A stretch of DNA of 64,000 bases from Nitrosopumilus sp. (GTDB taxonomy: Archaea > Thermoproteota > Nitrososphaeria > Nitrososphaerales > Nitrosopumilaceae), in contig OZ242186.1 of assembly GCA_965205675.1 (NCBI GenBank), positions 1,408,001-1,472,000 of the forward strand, read 5' to 3'. The notes under the pieces are model-generated. The model saw only the letters and a program-made list of their open reading frames with translations, did no database searches and was not told the origin of the DNA. The translations under genes were made by a program, and so were the position numbers. The stretch's first letter is position 1; each line of letters starts with the position of its first letter. Shown here in pieces: positions 1-10,993 of the stretch.

Positions 1-439
1 ACTTCGGCTTCCTGATAGTTTGCAAACTCGTACCTCCACAAGTATTCCTTCTTGAGTGTTTTGTGGAATGATTCGACATGTCCGTTTTGTTCTGGCGTGT
101 GGTGCCCAGATGAATTCATGTCTTATTCCAAGTAGAATAACTGCTTGTCTGAAATCTCGGCTGTTGTATTGCGAACCGTTGTCAGTTCTGAGAATCAGTT
201 TTGTGCAATCAGGCTTTGCAGTAGCTACTGCATTAATGATGCTGTCAATTGCAGTGCTCTTTGGAGCTGCCACATCAAATGAATGCCAAATCCATTTCCT
301 GCTAAATGCATCAATCACGTTAAAGCAGTAGCACCATCTGTCAACCCCACACCAGACATATGTGATGTCTGTCTGCCACAACTGGTTTGGTGCATCAGGC
401 TTGAATAATGTTCTGGCAGATTTGATGATGTCATTTTTG
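1..439 (-). pseudogene. IS3/IS481-like integrase-core (rve, DDE) transposase remnant, frameshifted and cut by IS66
   Basis: Manual minus-strand translation gives WQTDITYVWCG..CFNVIDAFSR, LILRTDNGSQYNS and TPEQNGHVESFHKTLKKEYL, in different frames. Confidence 0.85.
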
Positions 440-1824
440 GTAACTGTCTAGAGTTTTGAAGTAAAATCTCCAAGATATTCTAAAGAATAATCATGAAAGT
501 TTAATCCTCGTAATCTGCATGTCTCCTTTATACTCATCAGTATCTTATGAGAATCAGCACCATGAATGGTTCTATGACCGTTTGTAATTTTACGAATTAT
601 CACATTTGGTCTGATTGCCCCCTCTGCTGTGTTATTGTGTGAATCAGTTCCAGTAATTAGGAATGTAAAAAGCATTTCTCTCTCACGTTTCAATCTTTTT
701 ACAAACCTGATACAGTTTTTCTCTGTGTATTTTTTTGATATGATGTGATTAATTCTCCTTTCAAGATTCTTTTTTGCACGGATTCTTTCTGATTCTGATT
801 TTATTTTTGCCACACCATGAGAGTCATAAATTATTTTCTTGAGATTCTTGGCAAATGGTGCAAATTCTGGTCCGGGATTCTTGTGATTAATGGTATCATT
901 AACCTCTCTGAGATAATGGATGTGACATTTCTGGTGAGTGTTTCCAACATGGTTCCATGCAGGGTACGAATCACTTGTAATGTTGCCATCATATCCCTTG
1001 AGAATTCTCTTGGGAACATCCATTGAACGTGATTTGTCAATCTCGTAAATTACAGTCCATTTACTCACAAATGCCCACAACCAGTGGTTCTGGCCATCTA
1101 TCCTCCAACTTGTCTCATCACCATGTATGTTTAGATCTTCTTTTAACTCTGCAATCATTGTATCATATCTGCTCCCAAATGCTTTTGATACTGTTGATAC
1201 TGCATGATTAATTGCAGATTCTGTAATGTGCAGTGAGAAGAGCATCTGCAAAAGATGAGATATTTTACCATACGATAATCCGATAGTTTTCAGTGATATG
1301 ATTAGCACCATGAGCCTAATCCCAAATCTCTCATTGGGTAGCGCAGTGTGAATGTTACCCGAGATTTGTTTTTTGCAGTTTGTATCGTCTAACTATCGTA
1401 TATTTTGTCACAACTGCTTTTGCAGGAATGATGTCTTCTACTATTCTGGTGTATGAATCAGTTGGTTCTGAGAGTGATTTGCCACATGTGTTGCACTCTT
1501 TTTGGTCAACTGTAATGGCATCATCAATGTGTGCCCGTCTGCTTCTGCTTTTTCTAGGATGTCTTGATGTTTTCTTCTTTTTTGCAGTTTCAGTCTTGTT
1601 TGGTTTTGCTTTGATATTTCTTGCAACAAGTGTAGACACTGTTTGTTTTAGTTCTGCAATTTCTCTGTGTAACTGACGGTTTTCTTGCTCCAACGAGTGA
1701 CATCTGTTACGATAATATTCCAGCTCATCATATACTGACAATGGTATATTGTAATTTGTCACTGATCAGAAAAGATATAGATAAAAAATATTAAAGAAAG
1801 TACTTCAAAACTCTAGACAGTTAC
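440..1824 (-). mobile_element. IS66-family element (single-ORF, ISBst12-like), inactive copy
   Basis: Terminal IRs GTAACTGTCTAGAGTTTTGAAGT at 440 and its reverse complement ending at 1824. Transposase is split into ORFs 1355..1762 and 448..1311 (HGDETSW motif). It is 26 bp shorter than the intact copy at 40598 (21-bp and 5-bp deletions). Confidence 0.92.
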
Positions 1825-2090
1825 TCCATTACACATTTTGAGTTTTTTGGGATTGCAGAAAATACTTTTTTGATATCCTCTCTGGTGTTTGTAATTTTTT
1901 CATTGAATAATGTATGTCCTTTATCATCCATTGTTTCGACCTGTAAGAATTCTTTGTGCAAATCAATTCCGACATAGGTCATGGGTTTTGTCTTTCTAGT
2001 CCTAATGATTTTCTTTGGCTTTTTCTTGGAGATGTATCTTTTAGAAACTATAGAATCAGCAGTACCATCTAAATTTCGTTGTTTATTCAC
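1825..2090 (-). pseudogene. IS110-family transposase N-terminal (DEDD RuvC-like) fragment truncated by IS66
   Basis: MTYVGIDLHKEFLQV...CVME motif ends exactly at the IS66 terminus. Confidence 0.8.
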
Positions 2091-2158
2091 ATATGGTTAC
2101 ATTGAATCAATTGCGCAACTCATCTAATGATTTTTGTCCCTATGAGATGTGTTTTTAA

Positions 2159-2452
2159 TTATGGGAGAGTTCCAGTGTCATCATAAAAATTTTCGGGATA
2201 ATCGGGATCGTTGAAAATCTCAACAGCTCTTTTTGGATCGCCATCTGCCAAACGCATAACAGCAGAATATTCACGTTCAGTAAATATGTGATTTGTATTT
2301 TGTTCTACATAATCATACCTCTCCCGTGCCATTTTTGATAACTCATCCATATCTACTAGCCCTATTTCGGATTGCGATAATGATAAAGTAAGCGTAATCA
2401 CAATTAAAATTGGTAATAATGAAACTATTGTTAGTATTAAAATTTTGTTCAT
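2159..2452 (-). CDS. Small membrane-anchored acidic protein downstream of the secreted protease
   Basis: 97-aa ORF with N-terminal hydrophobic helix, co-oriented 38 bp after the protease gene. Confidence 0.6.
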   Translation of the reverse strand: MNKILILTIVSLLPILIVITLTLSLSQSEIGLVDMDELSKMARERYDYVEQNTNHIFTEREYSAVMRLADGDPKRAVEIFNDPDYPENFYDDTGTLP

Positions 2453-2490
2453 TTTCTATCTTTATCCACAATAAAAAAAGAAAAGAGAAT

Positions 2491-3504
2491 TTAGATTCCC
2501 AAGTGTGTTGCAACTTGATCCCAAGGAGAGAAATATTTCAAACCACCAGCATTGCCATTACACCAATAAGCATAGTTGGTTCCACTGTTAAGATCCACCT
2601 CACAGGCTCTGCCAACATGTTGGCCTAAGAGTTTGGCTGAAGATGTACCAGTAAGAGTGAATATTGGTGCTCCACTATCCCCACTTGTACTGGAATAACT
2701 TCCAATGGCTTGATCATTTAAGATACCATCAGGATCTTTAATGGTTACATCTGTGTCTAAAATGTATCCACTACTTGTAGTGTGAAAACCTGCTATTCTA
2801 ATGAACTTGTTCAAAGTAATATCACTAGATGTACCATATGTTACAGCATAGTTCCTACCGTTGAAGTGTATCGAATCATTGATGTATGCATTATCACATT
2901 GGGAATTGTATGTATCAACTCCATATGCTGCATCAGCATATGCTCCATTATAGTTATTGTCTTTAGTGATTTTCACTTCGTTGCAAGCTATAGTAGTACC
3001 TGTAACTCCAGCAGCTACAATATCATTTAAAGCATAAGCATGACCAGTTGTTATGATTTTGTTATTTTTTACTATAGTTACAGTTGCTTCCTTGTTTGCA
3101 ACCAATGAATCACCACCTCTGATATTTGCTTCTCTTTCAAATTCAAAATACCTAACTTCCAAATCAACATCAGTATTAAGATCTGATCTTACATTATCAT
3201 TAGAATATTTTTCATTAAATTCCGTTGCCTTAACAGCATCGATACCTACAACTAATTTTCCATTGTCTTCAAAAATTAGCTTGTACGGTATTCCATATTC
3301 ATCAGATGTGGTGTATCTTTTGTCAGTATTTTTGGCTTTTTGATCTTTGTTGGTTTGTTCTCTCATCTTGTCTTTGATTTTTTCTTTAACCAAAGATTTT
3401 TCATCTACTTGCTTTGCTTCTGCAAAATCCATACCAGAGAAAGGCAGAATCATTGCAGCAATCAAAGATGCAAACAAAATAGTTTTTGCGTTTTTGATAA
3501 TCAT
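2491..3504 (-). CDS. Secreted trypsin/chymotrypsin-like (S1/PA clan) serine protease with pro-region
   Basis: Signal peptide KTILFASLIAAMILPFSGMDFAEA; catalytic triad motifs ITTGH, ADAAY and GDSGAP. Confidence 0.8.
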   Translation of the reverse strand: MIIKNAKTILFASLIAAMILPFSGMDFAEAKQVDEKSLVKEKIKDKMREQTNKDQKAKNTDKRYTTSDEYGIPYKLIFEDNGKLVVGIDAVKATEFNEKYSNDNVRSDLNTDVDLEVRYFEFEREANIRGGDSLVANKEATVTIVKNNKIITTGHAYALNDIVAAGVTGTTIACNEVKITKDNNYNGAYADAAYGVDTYNSQCDNAYINDSIHFNGRNYAVTYGTSSDITLNKFIRIAGFHTTSSGYILDTDVTIKDPDGILNDQAIGSYSSTSGDSGAPIFTLTGTSSAKLLGQHVGRACEVDLNSGTNYAYWCNGNAGGLKYFSPWDQVATHLGI

Positions 3505-3622
3505 TGTGAATTGTGTTTCATAATGGCATTATATAATTTGTTTTGATTTTGTAGTCTTATTCTTAATCTATGGAATCATAATAATTAATGTGAATTACAA
3601 ATCATATGATGGCACCCGCCTA

Positions 3623-5793
3623 TACCTCGGAGCATAATTCTTTGCAATTTTTCAAAACAAATAGCAATACTTTTTGATCAGTAGTTAGAAATAATTTCAT
3701 GGACATCACAAATGACGAGTTACTCCAGGCCTACAAAAAAGAAAAGTACGGTAAGAAAAAGGAAAGACTGCATGCAATGTGTATAATTAAGATCAACGAA
3801 TCCACAATTGCTGAAACTGCCAACCAAATGTTTTGTACCTACAATTCTGTAAGGAATTGGCTTGATTCATTTGAAAAATATGGATTGGAGGGCCTGGAGG
3901 ATCTCCCTCGTTCTGGCCGTCCGCCATTAATCTCACATAAAGCATTACAAAAAATAGAGCGTGCATTTAAGAAAATTTCAGACGGCATGACTCCAAAGAA
4001 ACTGATACAATTCATATTTTACAGAACACACATTACATATCATATCACTCATGTGCGTCGTTTGATGCACAAATGGAATCTAAAACCAAAGGTTCCACAA
4101 AAACTACATGTACGAGCAGCATCCAAGGATACATGCCGCAAGTGGAAAAACCGCATCATTTCACGCATAGAAAAGGCAAAAAAGAAAGGTTTTACAGTAG
4201 ACCTCTTGCGTAATTACAAACAAAATCTTATCTTTCATTGAATTTAATTTCAAATAATTTCTAATCTTATGGAATCACAACAAACTCTTGCTTCCATCTT
4301 GTCTTGAAATTTACAATTCCACATACGATGCCACTTATTGCATCATACCTGCACAATCTATTCCTAAATGTCTCAGAATTAATCCTAAACTTTTTGATTT
4401 GAGAGATAATATGTTCTACTTTTATTCGGATTCTTGACTGCATCTTGTTCCATTCCTTTTGATGTATGGTCAGTTTTTTTCCTTTCTTTTTCTTGTATGG
4501 TAGAATGCTTGTCTGTTCTGGGAAATCTTTTTCCACTCCCAAATACCCAAGGTCATAAAATATCATCACATCTTCGGGCAGTTCTGGATGTCTGATTTTC
4601 AGTATGGCATAATCATGTTACCTGGAGAATGTGGGGGTTTGTGGATTATCTCACCTTTCTGGTTTATGGTGATTTGGTTTTTTATTGTGTGTTTTTTCTT
4701 TTTGCCTGAATAGTGAGTCTTTTCTTTTTGTTCTGGGGTCTTGGGATTGGTTGTTCAGTACCATCAGTCATTGCAATTAATTCAGGAAAGAACAGTTGGA
4801 GTTGCTGTACATCATTTATTTTTTTAGAATCAGAGTATAGTTTTGCAGGAATAGGAACTGTTTTTCTTACTGCAGGCTCTAAATCTGATGTTTCTGTAGA
4901 CGTTGCTCTGGTCTAATCCAAACAGATATCCTGTCAATTCACATGTCAGGTACATCCGATAGTAAACAAACAACATTACAAGCTGGTCTTCAAGACTCAA
5001 ATCAAACTTTCGCCCAGCTCCGATACTTCTTTTTCTCTTTGCTTTGGATAGTCTCTTCTTTTCTTCTATACGGTGATTCTTTCTGACATCCTTTAGAATC
5101 ACATCAAACTGTTGCCTAGTCACTCCAGTAAAAGAGAGAAGGGATTTTGGCTTTTTTGAGAGTTGCTTGTATGTTAACATGAAATGTGTTAAGTTGTTCT
5201 TAGCTTTGGATCTTGCTGTGAAGGAATTTGTGTAATATGGTAAAATATGTCTAATTACGCAAGAGGTCTAGTATTTATCCAAGACGAGTCTGTATTTGTC
5301 GACGATGTACGTCTTGGCAAAAAATACTGGACAGATGCACACCAAAGATTAATTGTACGTTGGAGAGGATCACATCAAAGATTTTTGGTTTATGGAAATG
5401 ATGACTGATGATAATCAAAGTTTTTTTAGATCGTATGAAAAATTTAATTCAATTGCATTTATGGATTATTTGGAGGCAGCTCGTAAAAAATTTGGAAAAA
5501 TATTTGTTATCGTCGATAGAGCACCACAACACAAAGCTAATGATGTAAAAAAATATCTGCACAAAAACAAAGATGTCAAACTGGCATATCTTCCGAGAGG
5601 CTCCCCGCATTTGAGTATGATTGAAGAGATTTGGAGACAGTGCAAACATGTTAATGTTGAATCAGAATTTTATGAATCTATTCATGAAATGAGGCATACA
5701 GTTATGGAATATTTTAGAACGCACAAATTTAATTTGAATATGTATCAGTATTTTGCAAGAACAATAAATTGAAAAGACTTATGATCTGGGGTA
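3623..5793 (+). mobile_element. IS630-family element (copy 1), disrupted by a nested IS5
   Basis: Ends TACCTCGGAGCATAATTCTTTGCAATTT and AAATTGAAAAGACTTATGATCTGGGGTA with TA on both sides. HTH ORF 3699..4241 (GLEDLPRSGRP) and DDE ORF 5353..5772 (DRAPQH, IEEIW). Confidence 0.9.
4199..5269 (-). mobile_element. IS5-family (ISL2-like, DDE_Tnp_4) element nested in IS630; transposase frameshifted
   Basis: Perfect IRs AGACCTCTTGCGTAATTA and 3-bp target duplication AGT. ORF pieces 4830..5180 (HTH, GAGRKFDL) and 4267..4569 (YDLGYLG, RIKVEH). Confidence 0.9.
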
Positions 5794-5979
5794 TACCTAT
5801 CTTATTTTTTTCATCATATGATGCATCTACATGAATTTTATAGGATTGTGAGGTTATAGGATAATTATTTTTCATTTTCATCTCTTCCTACACATAATTA
5901 TCAATAATTTCTCAACATCCCATCCATTCTCTAATCAATGCCTTATCTGATATTCATTTCTCGTTTATTTTCATTCATT

Positions 5980-6315
5980 TTATTTACGTGTCCTACGTCT
6001 AGAAGCGCCAAAAGAACCAGGTTCAAATCCCAGAAATTCATTAATCTTTCCACCTAACGTTTTTGGCTCAAATTTCTTTTTATAATAACTTCCACTAGAC
6101 GTACTCTTGTCGAGATTACAGTTAATGCATGCGGGAACCAAGTTTCGAAGGTAGTTAGAGCCTCCTTTTGCACGAGCTTTACTATGATCTATGTGCCATG
6201 CTCCTCGCATTCCATATTTACCATAATTCCCAAATGCCAATTGTTTTTCACAATAGTAACAATGTCCGTCATTTTTTTCATATACATAATTGATTTCATC
6301 ATTAGTAAAAGCCAT
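5980..6315 (-). CDS. HNH endonuclease (Zn-binding)
   Basis: CYYC...HIDH...GGSN...NLVPACINCN motif. Confidence 0.85.
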   Translation of the reverse strand: MAFTNDEINYVYEKNDGHCYYCEKQLAFGNYGKYGMRGAWHIDHSKARAKGGSNYLRNLVPACINCNLDKSTSSGSYYKKKFEPKTLGGKINEFLGFEPGSFGASRRRTRK

Positions 6316-6457
6316 AATTCATCAACTGTTAATATGGAAATGTAATTGTAATTTCTTTTCCTTCTGGTATGACTTTATTACATTCAGGAGTGTATTTTTT
6401 GTATAGAGTATTGCCAAAATGACCCAATGCTCTATAGGTCTCTAACAAAGATAATCA

Positions 6458-6538
6458 CTAGTCGTCAGCAAGTTCATCTAAAAGTTCAGAATATTTCTCA
6501 ATGAGTTCATCAGTAACTTTTTCATCTTTAGGACTCAT
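6458..6538 (-). CDS. 26-aa acidic peptide overlapping the Fic/Doc gene end, candidate minimal antitoxin
   Basis: MSPKDEKVTDELIEKYSELLDELADD*; start overlaps the stop region of the doc-like gene; not in the ORF track. Confidence 0.5.
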   Translation of the reverse strand: MSPKDEKVTDELIEKYSELLDELADD

Positions 6539-6974
6539 ACAGTTTCATTCTTTTTGAAATATAAAAAGACATCTGAGTCATAGTTTCAACATGGAGTCCA
6601 CGCCTATGTCTTTTGATCTCTTCTAGCATTTCTCTTATTTCCAAATTTCCTTTACCTAATTCTATATTTACTTCATATCCATGATCGTGTAGAAATTTTG
6701 TTGCAGAAATTATTCCAGTTCTTCTATTACCATCCTCAAAAGGTTGTTCCCAAGCAATTTTACACATTAAATGAACTGCTTTTTCAATCAAATCTTCTAT
6801 TTTATTTCCTGAATTTCCAACACTATCTACATGTGGAATTACCGTGTCAATGGTACGTGTTGTGCCAATCCACACCTGTTTACCAGTTAATCTCCTGTGT
6901 CTTTCTAGAATTTTTTTATTGGTTTCAATCAAGTATGTTTCTGTAACCATAGTGATACTTGATTCTTCAGACAC
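6528..6974 (-). CDS. Fic/Doc family protein with a divergent catalytic motif
   Basis: QPFEDGNRRTG versus canonical HPFxDGN(G/K)R; Doc-like size of 148 aa. Confidence 0.8.
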   Translation of the reverse strand: MSEESSITMVTETYLIETNKKILERHRRLTGKQVWIGTTRTIDTVIPHVDSVGNSGNKIEDLIEKAVHLMCKIAWEQPFEDGNRRTGIISATKFLHDHGYEVNIELGKGNLEIREMLEEIKRHRRGLHVETMTQMSFYISKRMKLYES

Positions 6975-7438
6975 TCTTCTTTTGGATAATTTGCCCTTAA
7001 TATTTACGGCGCAAAGTTAGAGTCATCACGAATAATAAAAGAGAAAAATGTTGAGATAATTTTTATTATTTTGTAATAATTGGAAATATATTCAAGGGCA
7101 TTGGTTCCGATTGGGGTATTTCAGTTTGGATTTTTTCTGATTCTTGAATTATTTTTATCCTATTTAATGAAGGATGGAAAACGGAACTGCTAAGTTGGCG
7201 GGGCATTACTACAAATCTTATTGCTGGTAAGTGTCGAGGCTTTTATTTATCTGACTTTCTTCTATGGATCTGTTAAGTAATCAGTAGATAGTCTACAAAT
7301 TTTCTTCCTGTTAAGGGTCGCTATCTGGTATTTTTTTAGGAATTGTCCAGTAATTCCCATCACTTGATTCATAATACTGAAAAAATTTACCACATTTACA
7401 TTTGTATCGTATAACTGACGTTGTTCTATAATTCCAAG

Positions 7439-8131
7439 ATTTTACAGAACACGCATTACATATCATATCACTCACGTGCGTCCTTTGATGCACAAATGGA
7501 ATCTAAAACCAAAGGTTCCACAAAAGGTACATGTGCGAGCAGCATCCAAGGATACATGCCGCAAGTGGAAAAACCGCATCATTTCACGCATAGAAAAGGC
7601 AAAAAAGAAAGGTTTTACAGTATTTATCCAAGACGAGTCTGTATTTGTCGACGATGTACGTCTTGGCAAAAAATACTGGACAGATGCACACCAACGAATG
7701 ATTGTACGTTGGAGAGGATCACGCCAAAGATTTTTGGTTTATGGAAATGATGATAATCAAAAAATTTTAGATCGTATGAAAAATTTAATTCAATTGCATT
7801 TATGGATTATTTGGAGGCAGCTCGTAAAAAATTTGGAAAAATATTTGTTATCGTCGATAGAGCACCACAACACAAAGCTAATGATGTAAAAAAATATCTG
7901 CACAAAAACAAAGATGTCAAACTGGCATATCTTCTGAGAGGTTCTCCACATTTGAGTATGATTGAAGAGATTTGGAGACAGAGCAAACATGTTAATGTTG
8001 AATCAGAATTTTATGAATCTATTCATGAAATGAGGCATACAGTTATGGAATATTTTAGAACCCACAAATTTAATTTGAATATGTATTATTTTGCAAGAAC
8101 AATAAATTGAAAAGACTTATGATCTGGGGTA
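7439..8131 (+). mobile_element. IS630 copy 2, 5'-truncated
   Basis: Near-identical to 26470-27159, with the same right end GATCTGGGGTA+TA. ORFs 7476..7889 and 7802..8110. Confidence 0.88.
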
Positions 8132-8622
8132 TATATGTCTTTAAATTTTTTCAATGCATCCTCAAATTTGGATATGTCCATACTGATAAGTCGTTCACGC
8201 AGTCCGCTTATGGTATTTTGAAGACCGCCAATCTTGTCAAGTTCGTCTTTGTATTTTGTTATGTAATCATCTAAATTTTTCAATATGTCAACATCTTCGG
8301 CATTATACCAACCAAGTTTGATGGCACATGTTTTTAGATAAGTCATAAGTTTTGTGAACTCTGATTCTGTCTTTACTGATAATGATTGATTAGGTCCTTA
8401 TCATTCTAAGATATTTTTGTTTAGTTTCGTTTGTTTCTGCCACTTGAAGTTTGAAATATTTACTATCACTTCTTATTGAATATGTATTTAGAATATGATT
8501 ATTTTCTTTCCACAAAATAGGACTATGTTTATTTTTTCTTAGTTTTTGGATTAGTTTATCAATTCCTTTATATCATCTAAATTCTTTTTTGCATCATCTG
8601 CAAGTTCATCAATTTTACTCAT
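8132..8622 (-). pseudogene. Degraded gene of unknown function, 3' end cut by IS630
   Basis: ORF 8086..8346 runs into the IS; an upstream MSKIDELADDAKKNLDDIKE.. frame contains stops. Confidence 0.4.
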
Positions 8623-8906
8623 GATGTTATTTTACTAAAGAAGATAAAAAGTGATCTTATGCTAGCGAGATTCCATAAAGGAGGTGATAGCATAAGATCC
8701 GATCGTATTTTATGAGCCATTGTAAACATTATAAAAGGTTCTGTTAACCTGACGTGGTGTAATTCCTCATGTCGGGACTATTCTCCACACGAGTTGTTGT
8801 CCTATGACATAATTAAAGTTTTAGTGTATTAGGCTTAAAACACTTAATTAGATATAAAAGGTTAATTGTACTAAAAAGCCATATTTATAAAACATGAAAT
8901 CAGATA

Positions 8907-9092
8907 TTGATCATGGGCAAGATTCCGATAACAAGCGTGATGAGGGCATCTGCATCCACCAACTCGATTAAGACCACCATACCTGGAAGCATTGCAGAGG
9001 AATTGGAACTAGAGGCAGGTGACAATCTAATGTGGAAGATCGAAAAAATCAAATCAAGTAAAGTTGCCGTGATAAAGAAGATCTCAGAATGA
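8907..9092 (+). CDS. AbrB/MazE/SpoVT-type small DNA-binding regulator
   Basis: SIKTTIPGSIAEELELEAGDNLMW swapped-hairpin signature; TTTATAAA TATA-like box at ~8884. Confidence 0.8.
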   Translation: MIMGKIPITSVMRASASTNSIKTTIPGSIAEELELEAGDNLMWKIEKIKSSKVAVIKKISE

Positions 9093-9170
9093 TTTGAGAA
9101 AATACAGGCTATCGATTGTTGTGATTATAATTGTAATGGCACGTTATTAGTAAGATATCATTTTATTTAT

Positions 9171-10820
9171 GTGGATAATCTATTTTGTAATATGGGGGAT
9201 TTAGAAATAGCAGTATGTTCTCTTTTACAATCTTGTGCTATTGATTGCTGTCAGATAGATGGTAATGTCAAAATGAAAGATCTTGGAATAAAGATAGATG
9301 ATCCTAATCAAGACATAGAGTTTGATATTTTAGCCGTGGTGGAAAATATTGGAATTATATTTGAAACAACAACACAAAGCAAAGGAAATAAGAAAAAGAT
9401 TGATGAGTTTATGCACAAGGCAGATAATTTCATCTCAGCACATAAACAAAACACTCTAAATCTGAATGTTTTTAATAATTCCGACCATTTTCAAAGTAAA
9501 TTAACAGAAATTAAAGAATGGAGATTTGTTTATATCGGTACTAGTGAAGAACTCGAAACAAAAAATATAATTCCGTCCATATTTCCCAATAGTAACAATA
9601 TAGTAATCTTAAATGCTAAAGTTTTAGAATATCTACAATATTTAGAAGAGTGTCTTGGAACATTTGCTAAAAACGATGTTTTGTCATACTTAAAAATAAT
9701 GCCAATAGACCCAGAAGCACCCAGAAAAAATCTTGAAATTACAGCAATTAAACTAGAAAATAAAAAAATTTCAGGTAGTATTGATGCAGATGTGTTTCTT
9801 TTCCAAATTCCTGCATCTAATTTGTTATACCTTGCTCATGTTCCACGATATGGTTATGATGATGACGTCTCTCAAGACACATATATCAATTATCAGCGTT
9901 TGCCTAAAAAAAAGAAACTTCAAGACATTACTGAGCTGATAAAAAAAGGTCAAGGAAATTATTCATTTCCGAATGCTGTTACCGTTGTTTTGCCAGATAA
10001 CATACGCATTTCAGAAGAAAACAAATCTGTAAAACAATTAATAATTCCATGTAGTCGGAGATCAATCAAAATTATTGATGGCCAACACAGAATTTTTGCA
10101 TATGCAAGATCCGAATTATCTGATGAACGTCTAAAAAAATCAAAGATCATGGCAGTAGGTCTCAAATTCCCAAAAAAATCCCAGCAAAATAAAGAAGAAG
10201 CTAAAATATTTGTAGAAATTAATCGTGAACAAACAAAAGTCCCAAAAGATCTAATTCTGCTTTTGGGGTATCCTGTATTAGGCGAAACAACTCCTATTGC
10301 TTTGAGTGCATATGTAATATCAAAATTAAATATTGAAAAAGGAGGGGCATTACAAAATATCCTTGCAACCAAACCCCATTTCATAAAATCGTCTAAATCA
10401 AAACCAATAGAAATCGTAATGATTTCAAAGGAATTGTCTAAAATGTTTAATGATAAAAAAATCAAGAACGATTCCCCCGAAAAAAATATTGATTATCTCT
10501 ATGACATAACTTCAAAATATTTTAGAATATTGAAGAGCAACTTTGATGATGATTGGCAAAATAAAAGTTCATTGATTTTTTCTAGTAAATACATTGCCGC
10601 ATTTGTAAGATTACTAGTAGAATATAACAAAAAAGGATACAGTCAGAACACAATAGGTAACAAGATCCAAAAATTAAAGAAAAAACTAGTAGATCTTTTG
10701 CAAAGTGAGGATGGCATGCTAGAAGACAAGATTGTTTTTTCAAGAAACTACAAAATTATACCACCCATAAAAGCGGATCATACAACGATTGTCAAATTTA
10801 TTCTCAAGTATGGATTATAA
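9171..10820 (+). CDS. DGQHR (DndB/ParB-like) domain protein with N-terminal PD-(D/E)XK-like region; likely start ATG 9192
   Basis: YQR, FPNAVTV, IIDGQHR and FVEINREQTKV motifs; N-terminal EFDILAV..IIFETT resembles a restriction-endonuclease fold. Confidence 0.85.
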   Translation: MDNLFCNMGDLEIAVCSLLQSCAIDCCQIDGNVKMKDLGIKIDDPNQDIEFDILAVVENIGIIFETTTQSKGNKKKIDEFMHKADNFISAHKQNTLNLNVFNNSDHFQSKLTEIKEWRFVYIGTSEELETKNIIPSIFPNSNNIVILNAKVLEYLQYLEECLGTFAKNDVLSYLKIMPIDPEAPRKNLEITAIKLENKKISGSIDADVFLFQIPASNLLYLAHVPRYGYDDDVSQDTYINYQRLPKKKKLQDITELIKKGQGNYSFPNAVTVVLPDNIRISEENKSVKQLIIPCSRRSIKIIDGQHRIFAYARSELSDERLKKSKIMAVGLKFPKKSQQNKEEAKIFVEINREQTKVPKDLILLLGYPVLGETTPIALSAYVISKLNIEKGGALQNILATKPHFIKSSKSKPIEIVMISKELSKMFNDKKIKNDSPEKNIDYLYDITSKYFRILKSNFDDDWQNKSSLIFSSKYIAAFVRLLVEYNKKGYSQNTIGNKIQKLKKKLVDLLQSEDGMLEDKIVFSRNYKIIPPIKADHTTIVKFILKYGL

Positions 10821-10993
10821 ATTAAAACATGAAATATTTGATAATAGTCTTTATACATAATTATTTCTATTCAAAATTATTACACTCAAAATTTTGGAGA
10901 AAATTCAATTCCCATAGACTTAATGGTTAAAACTCTATCATGTATTCTTGTGCCCCCGAAGGTTAATAAACCGATTTTTAAATATATGATCCA

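Noticed and set aside
8677-8688. 16S rRNA 3' end fragment (AAAGGAGGTGAT)
   Set aside because: Match is limited to ~12 nt and the flanks are not rRNA-like
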